Origin: Candidatus Latescibacterota bacterium
Lineage (GTDB): Bacteria; Latescibacterota; UBA2968; UBA8231
Length of the DNA stretch: 64,000 nucleotides
Direction of reading: 5' to 3'
NCBI GenBank assembly: GCA_965204725.1
Contig: OZ242005.1
Coordinates: forward strand, 3,744,001-3,808,000
Below the pieces are notes generated by a model. The model did no database searches, was not told the origin of the DNA, and worked only from the letters and a program-made list of their open reading frames with translations. Positions 18,297 through 27,484 of the stretch are shown here, one piece after another. Both the position numbers and the translations under genes were made by a program. Each line of letters begins with the position of its first letter. The first letter of the stretch is position 1.

Positions 18297-21200
18297 ATGC
18301 TAAGCTCATCAACTGATCCCCTTGAAATACTCGCGGACGCGCTTGAGGAGAAGCGGCCGCTGGTGTTGTTCGCAGGCCAGAGTCTCGACTCGGCCCATGA
18401 TGCCATACTTGGTGCCCTCCTCGATCGCTTTGGATGCACAGATCGCAATTCGGGATGGTGCGTAGCCCTCAAGCAGGGCATAAGTGTGGACGATATGGCG
18501 TGGCTTTCTGAACGGTTTGAACGAAGTGTTCCCTCTGCCGCCGCCGCCGCTATCTTCGATGTCGCATGGAGTGCGGTGTTCACTTCATCTATAGATCCCC
18601 GGTTTGCGAGGCGTTTCGAGACCAGAGGGCGGCAGCCCGAATCCGTGCTTTCCAAAGACACCTACTCGAAGGTGCCGCGTAGCCGCTCAAGGCCGCCGAT
18701 CCACTATCTCTTTGGAAAATCCAATGAAACCGTTGAGTATGCGCGAGCACCCGGAAACCAAATTGATCTGACGCGCCGCCTTAGCCTACACGCGACGGAA
18801 TTGCTGAACCGCATTGCGGAAACCGCGACAGTGCATGGCTTGGTGGTCATAGCGGGCTACGACCCAAGCAAAGATTGGATGCAACTGGACTCGTTATTGG
18901 CCCCGCTATCTGTCCCCGTCGGCCCCAAGGTTCTATTGTTGGGCTGTCCCGGCAAACTGGACTCGATCTTCGCTGACGAAATGATCCAGCGCGGTTCGCT
19001 CACTGTGACCGAAACGACCCTTGCAAGCGCGATAAGCCAACTCGAACTCCGCGGTGTGCTCGACATTGCGGGATCCGCTGCCCCAGATAATCCGGGCATG
19101 GTGTCGCTTTCCGAGGAAACGGCACTGGACATCACGCCTGCCCTGCGGCTCCGAGTGGAAGCGTCGGCAGCTATTGTCGATGACGGATGGACGGAAGAGA
19201 TCGAACCCTTAGGCGACTTAGAACGATACGACGCATTCCGCCGCTTTCACAGTACGCTCGGTAACTTCAGATTGCTGGTGGAGGGAATATCGCGTGGATT
19301 TGCAGTAGAACGCGAGTTCGAGCAAACCCTTTGGAGGACAGTGAACGACGAGTTCGAGCGATTCGGGCAAGCTGATTCCGACAATGTGGTTATTCTGCAT
19401 GGGCAGTCGGGCACTGGAAAGAGCATCGCACTCGCACGGCTGGCTTGGAAGATTCGTCGCAAACTGCACCTGCCCGTTGTGGTCGCGACGAATCGGATAC
19501 CGAATCCCACAGACATCGAAGCATTCTGCTTGGAGGCCGAACGCTTGGGAGCGAAAGCGACGGTCTTGGTCTGCGACGCCAGCCAACCCCCACAACGCTA
19601 CGACGATTTGGCCTCTGCGCTGCGAAGTATGGGGCGCCGATTGCTCATCGTGGGCACTTGTTATCGGATGGAGGATCAAAATGGCGGCGCGTTGAATCGA
19701 CATGTCGAGTCCCCCGCCAGCGTTTCACAGGGCGAATTATCCGCGTTTGAGGAACTGTTGAACAAATTCGACCATCCCTCAACAAGCTACTACACTCAAC
19801 TCACCACTGACTCGATCTTTGCCATGCTATACCGCAGTTTGCCTTCCTCACGCGAACGCCTCACCACAGGCGTGTCATCGGAAGCGAGGGCTACCGAAAG
19901 TGTGGTACGGGATCGGGCAAGGTATGCGCCGCGGTCATCTACTGGGCTATCTCTCTTAGCGGAGCAGTTGATTAAGTCGGGCATTGCTAGTCCAACTTCG
20001 CCGTTGTTTGAGGAGGATGAAAAGCTCGCGGCTTTGGGCTTGGACGAAGCAGGACGATTGGTTGACTATGTGATGGTAGCTGGTCGGCTGGACTGTGCAG
20101 TGCCCGTTAATCTTATTTTTCGTCTGCTCGGTCAGGCAGGTGGTCTGCATCTGGATCAAATCACCTATCTCCTCGCCGACCTCGATCTGTTCCGTTGGAT
20201 AGATGACCAAGAAGGAGCGGATTTTCTGATTTCGCCACGCATACAGCTCGAGGCAGAGCTTATATGTAGGCGAAGGCTTACTCCCGAGCAGGAAATCGAC
20301 CGCCTGCTCGATCTAATCGGCAGCGTCAGATTTGGATTGGATCAAAGTGCCGAGCGTTCGTTCTTGCTCAACTTGCTGTTCATGATTCGGAATGGACCGC
20401 GCAAAGAGGCGTACCGCTCTGGTTACCTTCGGTTTGCCGACGCGCTCAAGCAGTTGCGGGAGCAGAATAGAATATCCGATCCAGACCTCGTCTTGCCCGA
20501 GTGCGTGTTCCGACGAAGAGCGGTCTCCCGGTCACAAAGCGATTACGATGCAGATAGAACTGACGACGAGCGATTGGCTATTCTGGATGAGGCTCGCGAT
20601 ACAGTCGAAAAGACGCTCCGCCAGATTGACGACGGGAAGATTTTAGTGTCCAGAAAAACAAAACAAAGCCTAATTGCAGAACGCTCGGCGATATACGGAT
20701 ACCTTGCAATTGAGCGTGCTCGATCCAGTGGCAGCGAGGACTTTTGGTCGGACTATCTCGCTGCAAGGACAGCAAGCGAGAAAGCTATTGGGCTTGGCAG
20801 AAATACCCATCCCATTGACATCGCCCTTTGGACAGCGAGCGATGTGCTCAAACTAAAAAAGGACGAAATGTCCGATGCACAACATGCGGAAGTTTTAGCC
20901 GACCTGCACGCAACCATTGATGTTGCCGATGAAGTCTTCAGGGTGAAGGGACAAAAGACAGGGATGTCGAGCGATTTACCAGAATACAGTGACCCGGACG
21001 AGGGGTTAGCCGCTTTAGATCAAAAAACGAAGTATCTCTATCGTCGAAGCCGTGTTGCAGACGTTATGGGCGACGCGAAACTGAGCGATGAGACACTTGC
21101 CGAGTTGGAAAATATCGCGCCCGCGGCAGCAACCTTCCTCATCGCAAAGCGGCAGGCGGAGCAGGTGTATATGGGCGAGCCGCCTTTCGACTACAAGATT

Positions 21201-21791
21201 CGCGGAATCGCAGCAAAAGCGGCGGACTACATATCCCGCCGCGTCAATAAAGGAATTGTGCTGGATGACCGCTGCCAACGGCTCTTGCTCAGGTTGCGGT
21301 GGGCACAGGCAACGGGCGAGCGTCTGATGTTCAATCAGCGTAGCCGTACGCCCGTGGACACGGACCTGATTTTTGAGTTGCGTAAAATCGTAAATGTTCT
21401 CAACGAACAAGCCGGGGCCGACGCCCGCAACCGGGAGCGGTTTCTCGAAGCAGTGTTATGCTGGCTGCTCAAGGATACGAACCGCGCCATCGAGATATGG
21501 CGGGCGCTGTCGCGTGATACAGAATACGAAGATCGAGCACGAGTAGTTCGGTGGCTCGTAGCGACGGACGAGAACGGTTCCCCGCGTCAATTTCGCGGGC
21601 GCGTCGAAGCGGGAAGGGAGAACAACTGGCAAGTGCGAGTAGAGGGTGTTGAAAGGCCCATCTCATTGCTAGCGCGCGATTTCCCAAACGCTGAGCTCGC
21701 CCATGGTCGAGAACTGAGAGAGTTTGGCATCGCCTTCAACTATATTGGCCCCATTGCCGATCCGCTCTCCCACCCGAGGCGCGGACGATGA
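18297..21791 (+). CDS. Large multidomain protein: degenerate SIR2-like domain, P-loop (STAND-like) NTPase, helical repeats, C-terminal OB-fold; putative defence sensor
   Basis: LVLFAGQ, WSAVFTSSID, IHYLFG, VIAGY; Walker A GQSGTGKS (aa 369-376); Walker B VLVCD; C-terminal FRGRV...FGIAFNYIGPIA. Confidence 0.65.
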   Translation: MLSSSTDPLEILADALEEKRPLVLFAGQSLDSAHDAILGALLDRFGCTDRNSGWCVALKQGISVDDMAWLSERFERSVPSAAAAAIFDVAWSAVFTSSIDPRFARRFETRGRQPESVLSKDTYSKVPRSRSRPPIHYLFGKSNETVEYARAPGNQIDLTRRLSLHATELLNRIAETATVHGLVVIAGYDPSKDWMQLDSLLAPLSVPVGPKVLLLGCPGKLDSIFADEMIQRGSLTVTETTLASAISQLELRGVLDIAGSAAPDNPGMVSLSEETALDITPALRLRVEASAAIVDDGWTEEIEPLGDLERYDAFRRFHSTLGNFRLLVEGISRGFAVEREFEQTLWRTVNDEFERFGQADSDNVVILHGQSGTGKSIALARLAWKIRRKLHLPVVVATNRIPNPTDIEAFCLEAERLGAKATVLVCDASQPPQRYDDLASALRSMGRRLLIVGTCYRMEDQNGGALNRHVESPASVSQGELSAFEELLNKFDHPSTSYYTQLTTDSIFAMLYRSLPSSRERLTTGVSSEARATESVVRDRARYAPRSSTGLSLLAEQLIKSGIASPTSPLFEEDEKLAALGLDEAGRLVDYVMVAGRLDCAVPVNLIFRLLGQAGGLHLDQITYLLADLDLFRWIDDQEGADFLISPRIQLEAELICRRRLTPEQEIDRLLDLIGSVRFGLDQSAERSFLLNLLFMIRNGPRKEAYRSGYLRFADALKQLREQNRISDPDLVLPECVFRRRAVSRSQSDYDADRTDDERLAILDEARDTVEKTLRQIDDGKILVSRKTKQSLIAERSAIYGYLAIERARSSGSEDFWSDYLAARTASEKAIGLGRNTHPIDIALWTASDVLKLKKDEMSDAQHAEVLADLHATIDVADEVFRVKGQKTGMSSDLPEYSDPDEGLAALDQKTKYLYRRSRVADVMGDAKLSDETLAELENIAPAAATFLIAKRQAEQVYMGEPPFDYKIRGIAAKAADYISRRVNKGIVLDDRCQRLLLRLRWAQATGERLMFNQRSRTPVDTDLIFELRKIVNVLNEQAGADARNRERFLEAVLCWLLKDTNRAIEIWRALSRDTEYEDRARVVRWLVATDENGSPRQFRGRVEAGRENNWQVRVEGVERPISLLARDFPNAELAHGRELREFGIAFNYIGPIADPLSHPRRGR

Positions 21792-22687
21792 CGCCGATCG
21801 ATCTCAGCAACCTGTATCAAACACTTCGCACTCGTGTCTCTATCCACTGCCCGAACAGTTGTGCCGAAATCTCCCTGCGGTTGCCATCCAACTTCGGCGA
21901 TGAGTTGGCGTTCTATCGGCTGGTCAATTGGGGCTATGTTCTCGTCCAAGAGTCAGCAAAAATTCCGCTTGCCTTTCTCACCAACCTGCCGCCCCTGAAG
22001 GCGGACAATTCGTTCCGAAAGGAAGTTTCTCGCCTGCGAACCTATGTGGCCCACAATCTCGATACAAAAAGCACGAGAGATCAGAAAACGTATGCCTTCG
22101 TTCATCGTTGGTTCAAGGAGGCGTGTGGGCGCGGAACTCCAGACAGCGTCGCCCATTACGGGGATTGCTGTGCTTACCTTGCTAGCAGGCTTCAAGAAGT
22201 GCTCAATGGCGCGATTGAAGCATGCGACCTGCTCGACGCCCCAGAGGATGGGCCAAGGCTCGTTGCCGATCTCAAGGGCCGCATTGACCTCGTTTGGGAG
22301 GCGCATCGCTTCGATCCAATAGTTGCAAAGTGTGCCGCTCGGTTGGGCAATCCGGGGCTCGATCTGCTGGCGATCCGATCAAGGCACCTTGAGAAGTGGC
22401 GCGATGTGTTGGCCCAAGCCGACGAGAACGAACGCGAGCGCGTCCTCGAACAGCGAATTGAATCCGATCTACTGCAAGCCATCGGCGACGCCCTGCCGCT
22501 AATCATACGTGAAAACTTGCAACGGGTTGCGGCGAACATCCATGCGACCGTCGCCGCATTGCTCTTGTTGCGCGAGGCCCGACGCATTGGTGCTATGACA
22601 CTGCCGCAGATTATTGAGTTTGTAAGCCGGCAAGTCTTGGGGCGGGATAATTCCCAAGGCGACGCGGAGCTTGTTGATGCTCGCTGA
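21788..22687 (+). CDS. Hypothetical helical protein with HEPN-like RxxxxH motif
   Basis: LRTYVAHNLD (R84/H89); ATGA overlap with the upstream gene. Confidence 0.5.
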   Translation: MTPIDLSNLYQTLRTRVSIHCPNSCAEISLRLPSNFGDELAFYRLVNWGYVLVQESAKIPLAFLTNLPPLKADNSFRKEVSRLRTYVAHNLDTKSTRDQKTYAFVHRWFKEACGRGTPDSVAHYGDCCAYLASRLQEVLNGAIEACDLLDAPEDGPRLVADLKGRIDLVWEAHRFDPIVAKCAARLGNPGLDLLAIRSRHLEKWRDVLAQADENERERVLEQRIESDLLQAIGDALPLIIRENLQRVAANIHATVAALLLLREARRIGAMTLPQIIEFVSRQVLGRDNSQGDAELVDAR

Positions 22688-22944
22688 TCCTCCCACGGCG
22701 AGACAGGGCCAAGTAGAGCTTTAATCAATTCTCAGATAATTTAGTTTCAACTTGTCAGTTAAAAAGATCTTTGTCTTAATTAAAGTACACTTTTTCGCAC
22801 TTTTAGATGTACATACAAGTATGTGCTTTTCTCGGGATTCGCCGAACTAGCGTATTATTAGTGAGTTATACGTTAGCAGGTTCCACGCGCTCGCAGGTTC
22901 ATGGAGAAATCCTACAATTATGAGCCAACTAAACCGTCGGCTAG

Positions 22945-22974
22945 AGTACTTAATTTAGTACCATATAAGGTACA
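22945..22974. promoter_or_regulatory. Probable Phd/YefM autorepression operator
   Basis: Three GTAC cores at 22946, 22958 and 22970 (12-bp period) just upstream of the antitoxin RBS. Confidence 0.6.
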
Positions 22975-22985
22975 AAAGAGGAAAT

Positions 22986-23243
22986 ATGATCCAATCCATG
23001 CCCATTGCCGAAGCTCGCAAAGTCCTGAATCAACTACCCGATCGCTTCGTCGCCGAACCCGAAGCAAGTGCTCTCGCCGTAACGCGCCGCGGTCAGCCGG
23101 TACTCGCGCTGATGCCGTGGTCGCTTTATCAGGGCATTGTCGAAACCTTAGAGGTACTCGGGGACGAGGCCCAGTGTGCTGCGTTGCGCGAAGGCATCCG
23201 CCAGATTGAGGCGGGCGAGCGCACCGTTTGGGAGGTGCAGTAA
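22986..23243 (+). CDS. Phd/YefM family antitoxin
   Basis: PIAEARK.LNQL, VTRRGQPVLALM, ETLEVL. Confidence 0.85.
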   Translation: MIQSMPIAEARKVLNQLPDRFVAEPEASALAVTRRGQPVLALMPWSLYQGIVETLEVLGDEAQCAALREGIRQIEAGERTVWEVQ

Positions 23244-23274
23244 GCCACCGCCCGCTGAAGGGAGGAGTTGTGCT

Positions 23275-23592
23275 ATGAGATTCCGCGTCGTCTTGGCGCA
23301 GTGCGCCTTAGAGTCGCTGCAAGGTCTGCTCAACCGGCGGATTGCCGAGCAGGTTGACCAATACATCACAGGGCTAGCCAGCGATCCCGAGGAACAGGGC
23401 TGGCCCTTGGTCGGCGAGTTAAAGGGCTATCGCTGCCTGCGTCCGCCGGGAGGCTGGTTCCGCATTGTCTATCGGATAGGGCTGGGTGAGGTCGAGGTGG
23501 TACTGGTGTCGGTAGGGCAGAGCCATTCGGCAGGCGAGCGAGACGTGCGCACCTTGGCGCGGACGCTATTTAGCGAGCGGTTGCTGCGCTAA
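23275..23592 (+). CDS. RelE/ParE family toxin
   Basis: L..DP..QG.PL.GELKGYR.LR...FRIVYRI; GGAGGAG RBS. Confidence 0.8.
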   Translation: MRFRVVLAQCALESLQGLLNRRIAEQVDQYITGLASDPEEQGWPLVGELKGYRCLRPPGGWFRIVYRIGLGEVEVVLVSVGQSHSAGERDVRTLARTLFSERLLR

Positions 23593-23723
23593 GCGAGGGC
23601 TTCCCCGCCCTTGGGGGTGCTTCATTCATTGAACCTGTGAAGCTATCTGAATACATGATAAATGCGTATATTAAGTGCGCTCAAGTGATGGCCCAAAAAT
23701 AAAGCGAGTTAAGGAGGCATGAC

Positions 23724-24890
23724 ATGCGCTGTACGCTGTATCTCACCTTGCTATGCACTTATGTCGTTTGCGACTGGGCTTACGCCGAAAGGGAAATCAG
23801 CCTAAGTGGCCAGATCCGGCCGCGCTACGAATTCCGCGAGCCGCTCCGCGACGGCACCGAGGCTACCGAGGCTTTTACCTCAATGCGGGTACGCGCCCAG
23901 CTAAGTGCTGCGCTCGCTGGCGATGTTGACGCGATGATTCAGTTCCAAGATGTGCGCTTCTTCGGCGAGGAGCAGAATACCTTAACCGATTACAACGCCG
24001 ACAACTTCGACGTGCATCAGGCCTATATTCACCTCAGACAGCTCGGCGGCAGCCGCCACGCGCTCAAGATCGGGCGTCAAGCCGTTGCCTTCGGCGGCCA
24101 GCGCCTGATCGGGGCCGTTGAATGGACCCAGCAAGGCCGGGTTTTCGACGGGCTGCGATTGTCGCTCGCGCCGTCTTGGGGCAAGGTGGATGTAGTGGCA
24201 ATCCAGCTAGCCGAAGCGAAGTCGGCGCAGTTTTCCGACGACGCCTATTTGGCCGGTATCTATGCGACGTCGGGGGACTTGGACATGTTCGGGCTCTACG
24301 ACAGAGCGTCTGGTGCGCCGACTACCGACCGAGCTACGCTCGGTTTGCGTCTGGCGGGGCAGAGAGCGGCCTACACGTACCGCTTGGAAGGTTCGTATCA
24401 GACCGGTACGCACCGCGGCGAGGATGTGGCGGCGTTTATGTTCGGTGGTCGGGTCGGCCGCCCCTTTGGCCGCCTGAAGCTGGACCTGTGGTACGATTAC
24501 CTGTCCGGCGATAGCAACCCAAATGACGGCGAAACCAAGGTCTTTGACACGCTCTTTGCCACGAATCACAAGTTCTACGGTTTCGCCGACCGCTTTCTCA
24601 ATATCCCAGAACACACCAAGGGATTGGGCCTACAGGACTTCGCGCTCAAAGGCTCCGTGCCGCTGAGTACCCGCACCTCGCTGGCCGTACACGGGCACTC
24701 GTTTTTCACGGCCGCAAAAGGCGAGCACTTGTGCGAGGAGGTCGATTTGACGCTGAGCTATCAGTATCGGCCAAACGTCGCCGTAGTAGGTGGGCTATCG
24801 CAGGTCGTCTCCGACGAGGCCATGGAGGAGGTAAACGGATTGAAGGGCAACATGACTTTTGCGTTTCTACTAACCAACGCGACCTTCTGA
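23724..24890 (+). CDS. Alginate-export (AlgE-like) outer-membrane beta-barrel
   Basis: Signal peptide, GQIRPRYE, HQAY, KIGRQ...RLIG..WTQQGR.FDG, TNHKFYG, terminal Phe. Confidence 0.8.
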   Translation: MRCTLYLTLLCTYVVCDWAYAEREISLSGQIRPRYEFREPLRDGTEATEAFTSMRVRAQLSAALAGDVDAMIQFQDVRFFGEEQNTLTDYNADNFDVHQAYIHLRQLGGSRHALKIGRQAVAFGGQRLIGAVEWTQQGRVFDGLRLSLAPSWGKVDVVAIQLAEAKSAQFSDDAYLAGIYATSGDLDMFGLYDRASGAPTTDRATLGLRLAGQRAAYTYRLEGSYQTGTHRGEDVAAFMFGGRVGRPFGRLKLDLWYDYLSGDSNPNDGETKVFDTLFATNHKFYGFADRFLNIPEHTKGLGLQDFALKGSVPLSTRTSLAVHGHSFFTAAKGEHLCEEVDLTLSYQYRPNVAVVGGLSQVVSDEAMEEVNGLKGNMTFAFLLTNATF

Positions 24891-24979
24891 CAATAAGTGC
24901 AGCAAGGGGCGCGAGGCCGACAACGCTTGTGCGGTGTCTAGCCTATTAACAACACACTCATGGAGAGGAGCAGTTCATT

Positions 24980-25567
24980 ATGCAGAAGAGCAAGTTCATT
25001 GCGCGTTTTGTGTGCGTACTAGGGCTGGCGGTCTTGTTTTGCAGCTCGGGGCCGACCTTTGCCCAAGACGACGAGATAACGGCTAGCGACGTGGTGGATC
25101 GGGCTACTTTGGAAGCCTTTGTCCTGAGAGCTAAGGGAGTGGTGGAGAGCTTTACCTCCCTTGCAGAGGCGTTGGGGTCTTTTGGGACCTTCAGGGAAGA
25201 AGGCGAGTGGAACAAAGGCCCGATCTATCTTTACGTTTTTACCGTTGAAGGGGTCGGCATCTTTCACGGCGAGGATCAAAGTCTCGAGGGCCAAAACCTA
25301 ATCGATCTCGAGGATGCCAACGGCGTCAAAATCCTGCAAGAGCTCATCAGCGCGGCCGCCGATGGGGGTGGTTTTGTCGAGTATCTTTGGGACAATCCGG
25401 TCGTAGATGGCGATGAAGAAAACGGCTCGCTTAAAGTGGGCTATGCCGCTCCGCTCAACGTCTTTGGGCAAGAGCTCATAATTGGTTCGGGCTTTTATCC
25501 GGCCCCCGATGCGATGACGTCGGTTGAGCACACTGCTTGGGGCCAGCTAAAAAGCAGTTTTAGATAG
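24980..25567 (+). CDS. Secreted stand-alone Cache-domain protein
   Basis: Signal peptide, YLYVF, GQNLIDLEDANG, GGGFVEYLWDNP, IGSGFY; C-terminal AWGQLKSSFR. Confidence 0.78.
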   Translation: MQKSKFIARFVCVLGLAVLFCSSGPTFAQDDEITASDVVDRATLEAFVLRAKGVVESFTSLAEALGSFGTFREEGEWNKGPIYLYVFTVEGVGIFHGEDQSLEGQNLIDLEDANGVKILQELISAAADGGGFVEYLWDNPVVDGDEENGSLKVGYAAPLNVFGQELIIGSGFYPAPDAMTSVEHTAWGQLKSSFR

Positions 25568-25625
25568 AGACAACGCCGAGGCGGGGCCATAGGACACCCG
25601 CGGCCAGCCTTCCAAGGGTCGAGGG

Positions 25626-25925
25626 CATCTTGCCCTCGACCCCAGATTCATCGGGAACAACCACCTGTCTGCGGCGGAACGGGCGATTGCGGAGGATGTC
25701 TGGCAGCAATACGGCCATTTGCCCCCATGGGGTTCCAATAGCATCGTCGAGCATACTCATCGCCTCCCCGAGTAGGAAAATCCCGCAGAAAATCCGCACG
25801 GTCCCCAAGCGACGCCCATCCCTATCCAACGCATCCTGCTCGCCTTGAAGAAGAGCGACGAAGAAATCCAAGCCCTCTTGGAGTTGGAACAGACCGACGC
25901 TTGGCTGGATAGGGTCTTGGCGTGA
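25626..25925 (+). pseudogene. C-terminal remnant of a Panacea (DUF4065/SocA-like) antitoxin
   Basis: Frame not in the ORF track: LSAAERAIAEDVWQQYGHLPPW...HTHRLPE*ENP, with TAG at 25773-25775 where Trp is expected. Confidence 0.6.
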
Positions 25926-26104
25926 TCCGAGCCGGTGCCGTCGTCCAGTCGAACGTCGCTCCTTACCACCACTTCATCGTTCTGACCAGTCCCAACGCGG
26001 CCGACGAAGTCCTCCCTCTGAATGCCGCCGTGCTCCAACGCCTTCAAGCCGCAGCCAAAGCGTCGGGCCGTTTGCCGCCCGCTTGGATAGACGATCTGCC
26101 ATAG
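25922..26104 (+). pseudogene. Short, probably internally deleted toxin partner
   Basis: GTGA overlap with the Panacea remnant; 60 aa with HHFIVLT and LQRLQ motifs reminiscent of the ends of PemK/MazF-like folds. Confidence 0.35.
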
Positions 26105-26214
26105 ACGGTGTTGGTTCGCGGACCTAAGTGCGCGAGACCTATTTGAGTACGCTTTTCTGGTATTTCAACCGACGGCATTGAAATCAGCATGAACAACCCC
26201 ATGGAGATTCCACC

Positions 26215-27330
26215 ATGATACCGCATAGACTGGCTATCGTCGTGTGGTCCGTCTTGGTCCTGCTGGCGGGTCGTGCGGTAGCGGTAGATGGGAAGGCAGA
26301 GACGCTGCCGAGGAGTGCGGCGCAAGCCATCGACCATACCGACGACACGCGCCCGTATTGGACGGGTCGGATCGAACAGGACACGACGTGGCGCGATACG
26401 GTGTATGTCGGCGGCGATGTGACGATTGCGGCAGCCGCGACGCTGACGCTGGCTCCCAATACGCAGGTTCACTTTCTACCTTATCACGATGCGACCCAAG
26501 GCGGCTTGGACTCGACCCGTGCGGAACTGATCGTCGAAGGGCGGCTGGCGGCGCAAGCCGGTGGCATCGTCTTTCGTTCAGCGGATGCGGGTTCGTTGGG
26601 GGCCGATTGGTATGGCCTTGTCGTCGAGCGGGGTGGGCAAGCCGACGTATCCCACGCTGCGATACGAGACGGCTTGCGCTGTGTGTATGCCAAGCGGGGT
26701 GGGCGCGTCACAATGGACGCTATCGCCTTTGCCAACTGTGGGAAGCCGACCGCGCCAGAAGACGCCGCTGGTCTTTCGATAAGTCAGAGGCGTACCCAAC
26801 CGCTGCCCGCTCTCCGCCAAGAGCTACCACCTCTTTCGATGAAAGCGAGTAGAGGGGACGACAGAGGGATTGACAAACGTATTGCCAAAAAGTTGAAGGC
26901 CGGTGCTTTAGGAGGATTCGTGGGGTTCTTAGGTGGGACTGTCTTGGGTTTTGCCGCCTTGGGTGTCGGTGGTGGTGGCGACGGTATTGGTGGCCGTGAA
27001 GTTTTCTATTTCGTCGGGTCTGTCGGCTCTGCGGTCGGATCCGCGGTCAGCGTGAGTCAAGTTGATCCGCATGATCTCTTCGCAGCCTCACTGATGGGCA
27101 GTATACTAGGATTTGGAGCAGGTTTGGGGCTGGCCTACATATCTGGAAATCCTAATGCCTTTCTTGTCTCCCCCGTTTTCTCAGTTGCCTCGGCAGTATG
27201 GCTGTCAGAAGACTCTCGCAATCGTTCGGCTGAACCCACACTGAAGCCTCCTGAAACCGGCCGTTTCTCGCTCGGACTAGGCACGAATCCCCGGAGGCAT
27301 TTATTAGCTATCGCCAAGTTACGATTCTGA
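26215..27330 (+). CDS. Secreted/membrane protein, array member 1 (beta-helix-like N-domain plus Gly-rich hydrophobic C-domain)
   Basis: Signal peptide; GRIEQDTTW..TVYV.GDVTI...TLTL.P; ends LRF. Confidence 0.7.
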   Translation: MIPHRLAIVVWSVLVLLAGRAVAVDGKAETLPRSAAQAIDHTDDTRPYWTGRIEQDTTWRDTVYVGGDVTIAAAATLTLAPNTQVHFLPYHDATQGGLDSTRAELIVEGRLAAQAGGIVFRSADAGSLGADWYGLVVERGGQADVSHAAIRDGLRCVYAKRGGRVTMDAIAFANCGKPTAPEDAAGLSISQRRTQPLPALRQELPPLSMKASRGDDRGIDKRIAKKLKAGALGGFVGFLGGTVLGFAALGVGGGGDGIGGREVFYFVGSVGSAVGSAVSVSQVDPHDLFAASLMGSILGFGAGLGLAYISGNPNAFLVSPVFSVASAVWLSEDSRNRSAEPTLKPPETGRFSLGLGTNPRRHLLAIAKLRF

Positions 27331-27484
27331 ACGAATACGTCGAGGAAAACATCCAATTCAGTAGCGGAGGAGGCTAGGGCACTATTGGATAATTGCTTGT
27401 CTGATAATTGATAAAGGCGGACGCCAGTAATTGCTTTTCTTCCGTCTCTTTTCACGAAAGTAAACCCTTCATGAAGGCCCCACC

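Noticed and set aside
22841-22878. Possible attC or dif-like site (CTAGCGTAT...ATACGTTAG)
   Set aside because: Too short for attC with poor R boxes, no XerD-like arm and no integrase in the window
23615-23670. ArsR/SmtB-like box or IS5 TIR fragment (GAAGCTATCTGAATA) upstream of the porin gene
   Set aside because: Only a half-site or 10-bp match; could be chance
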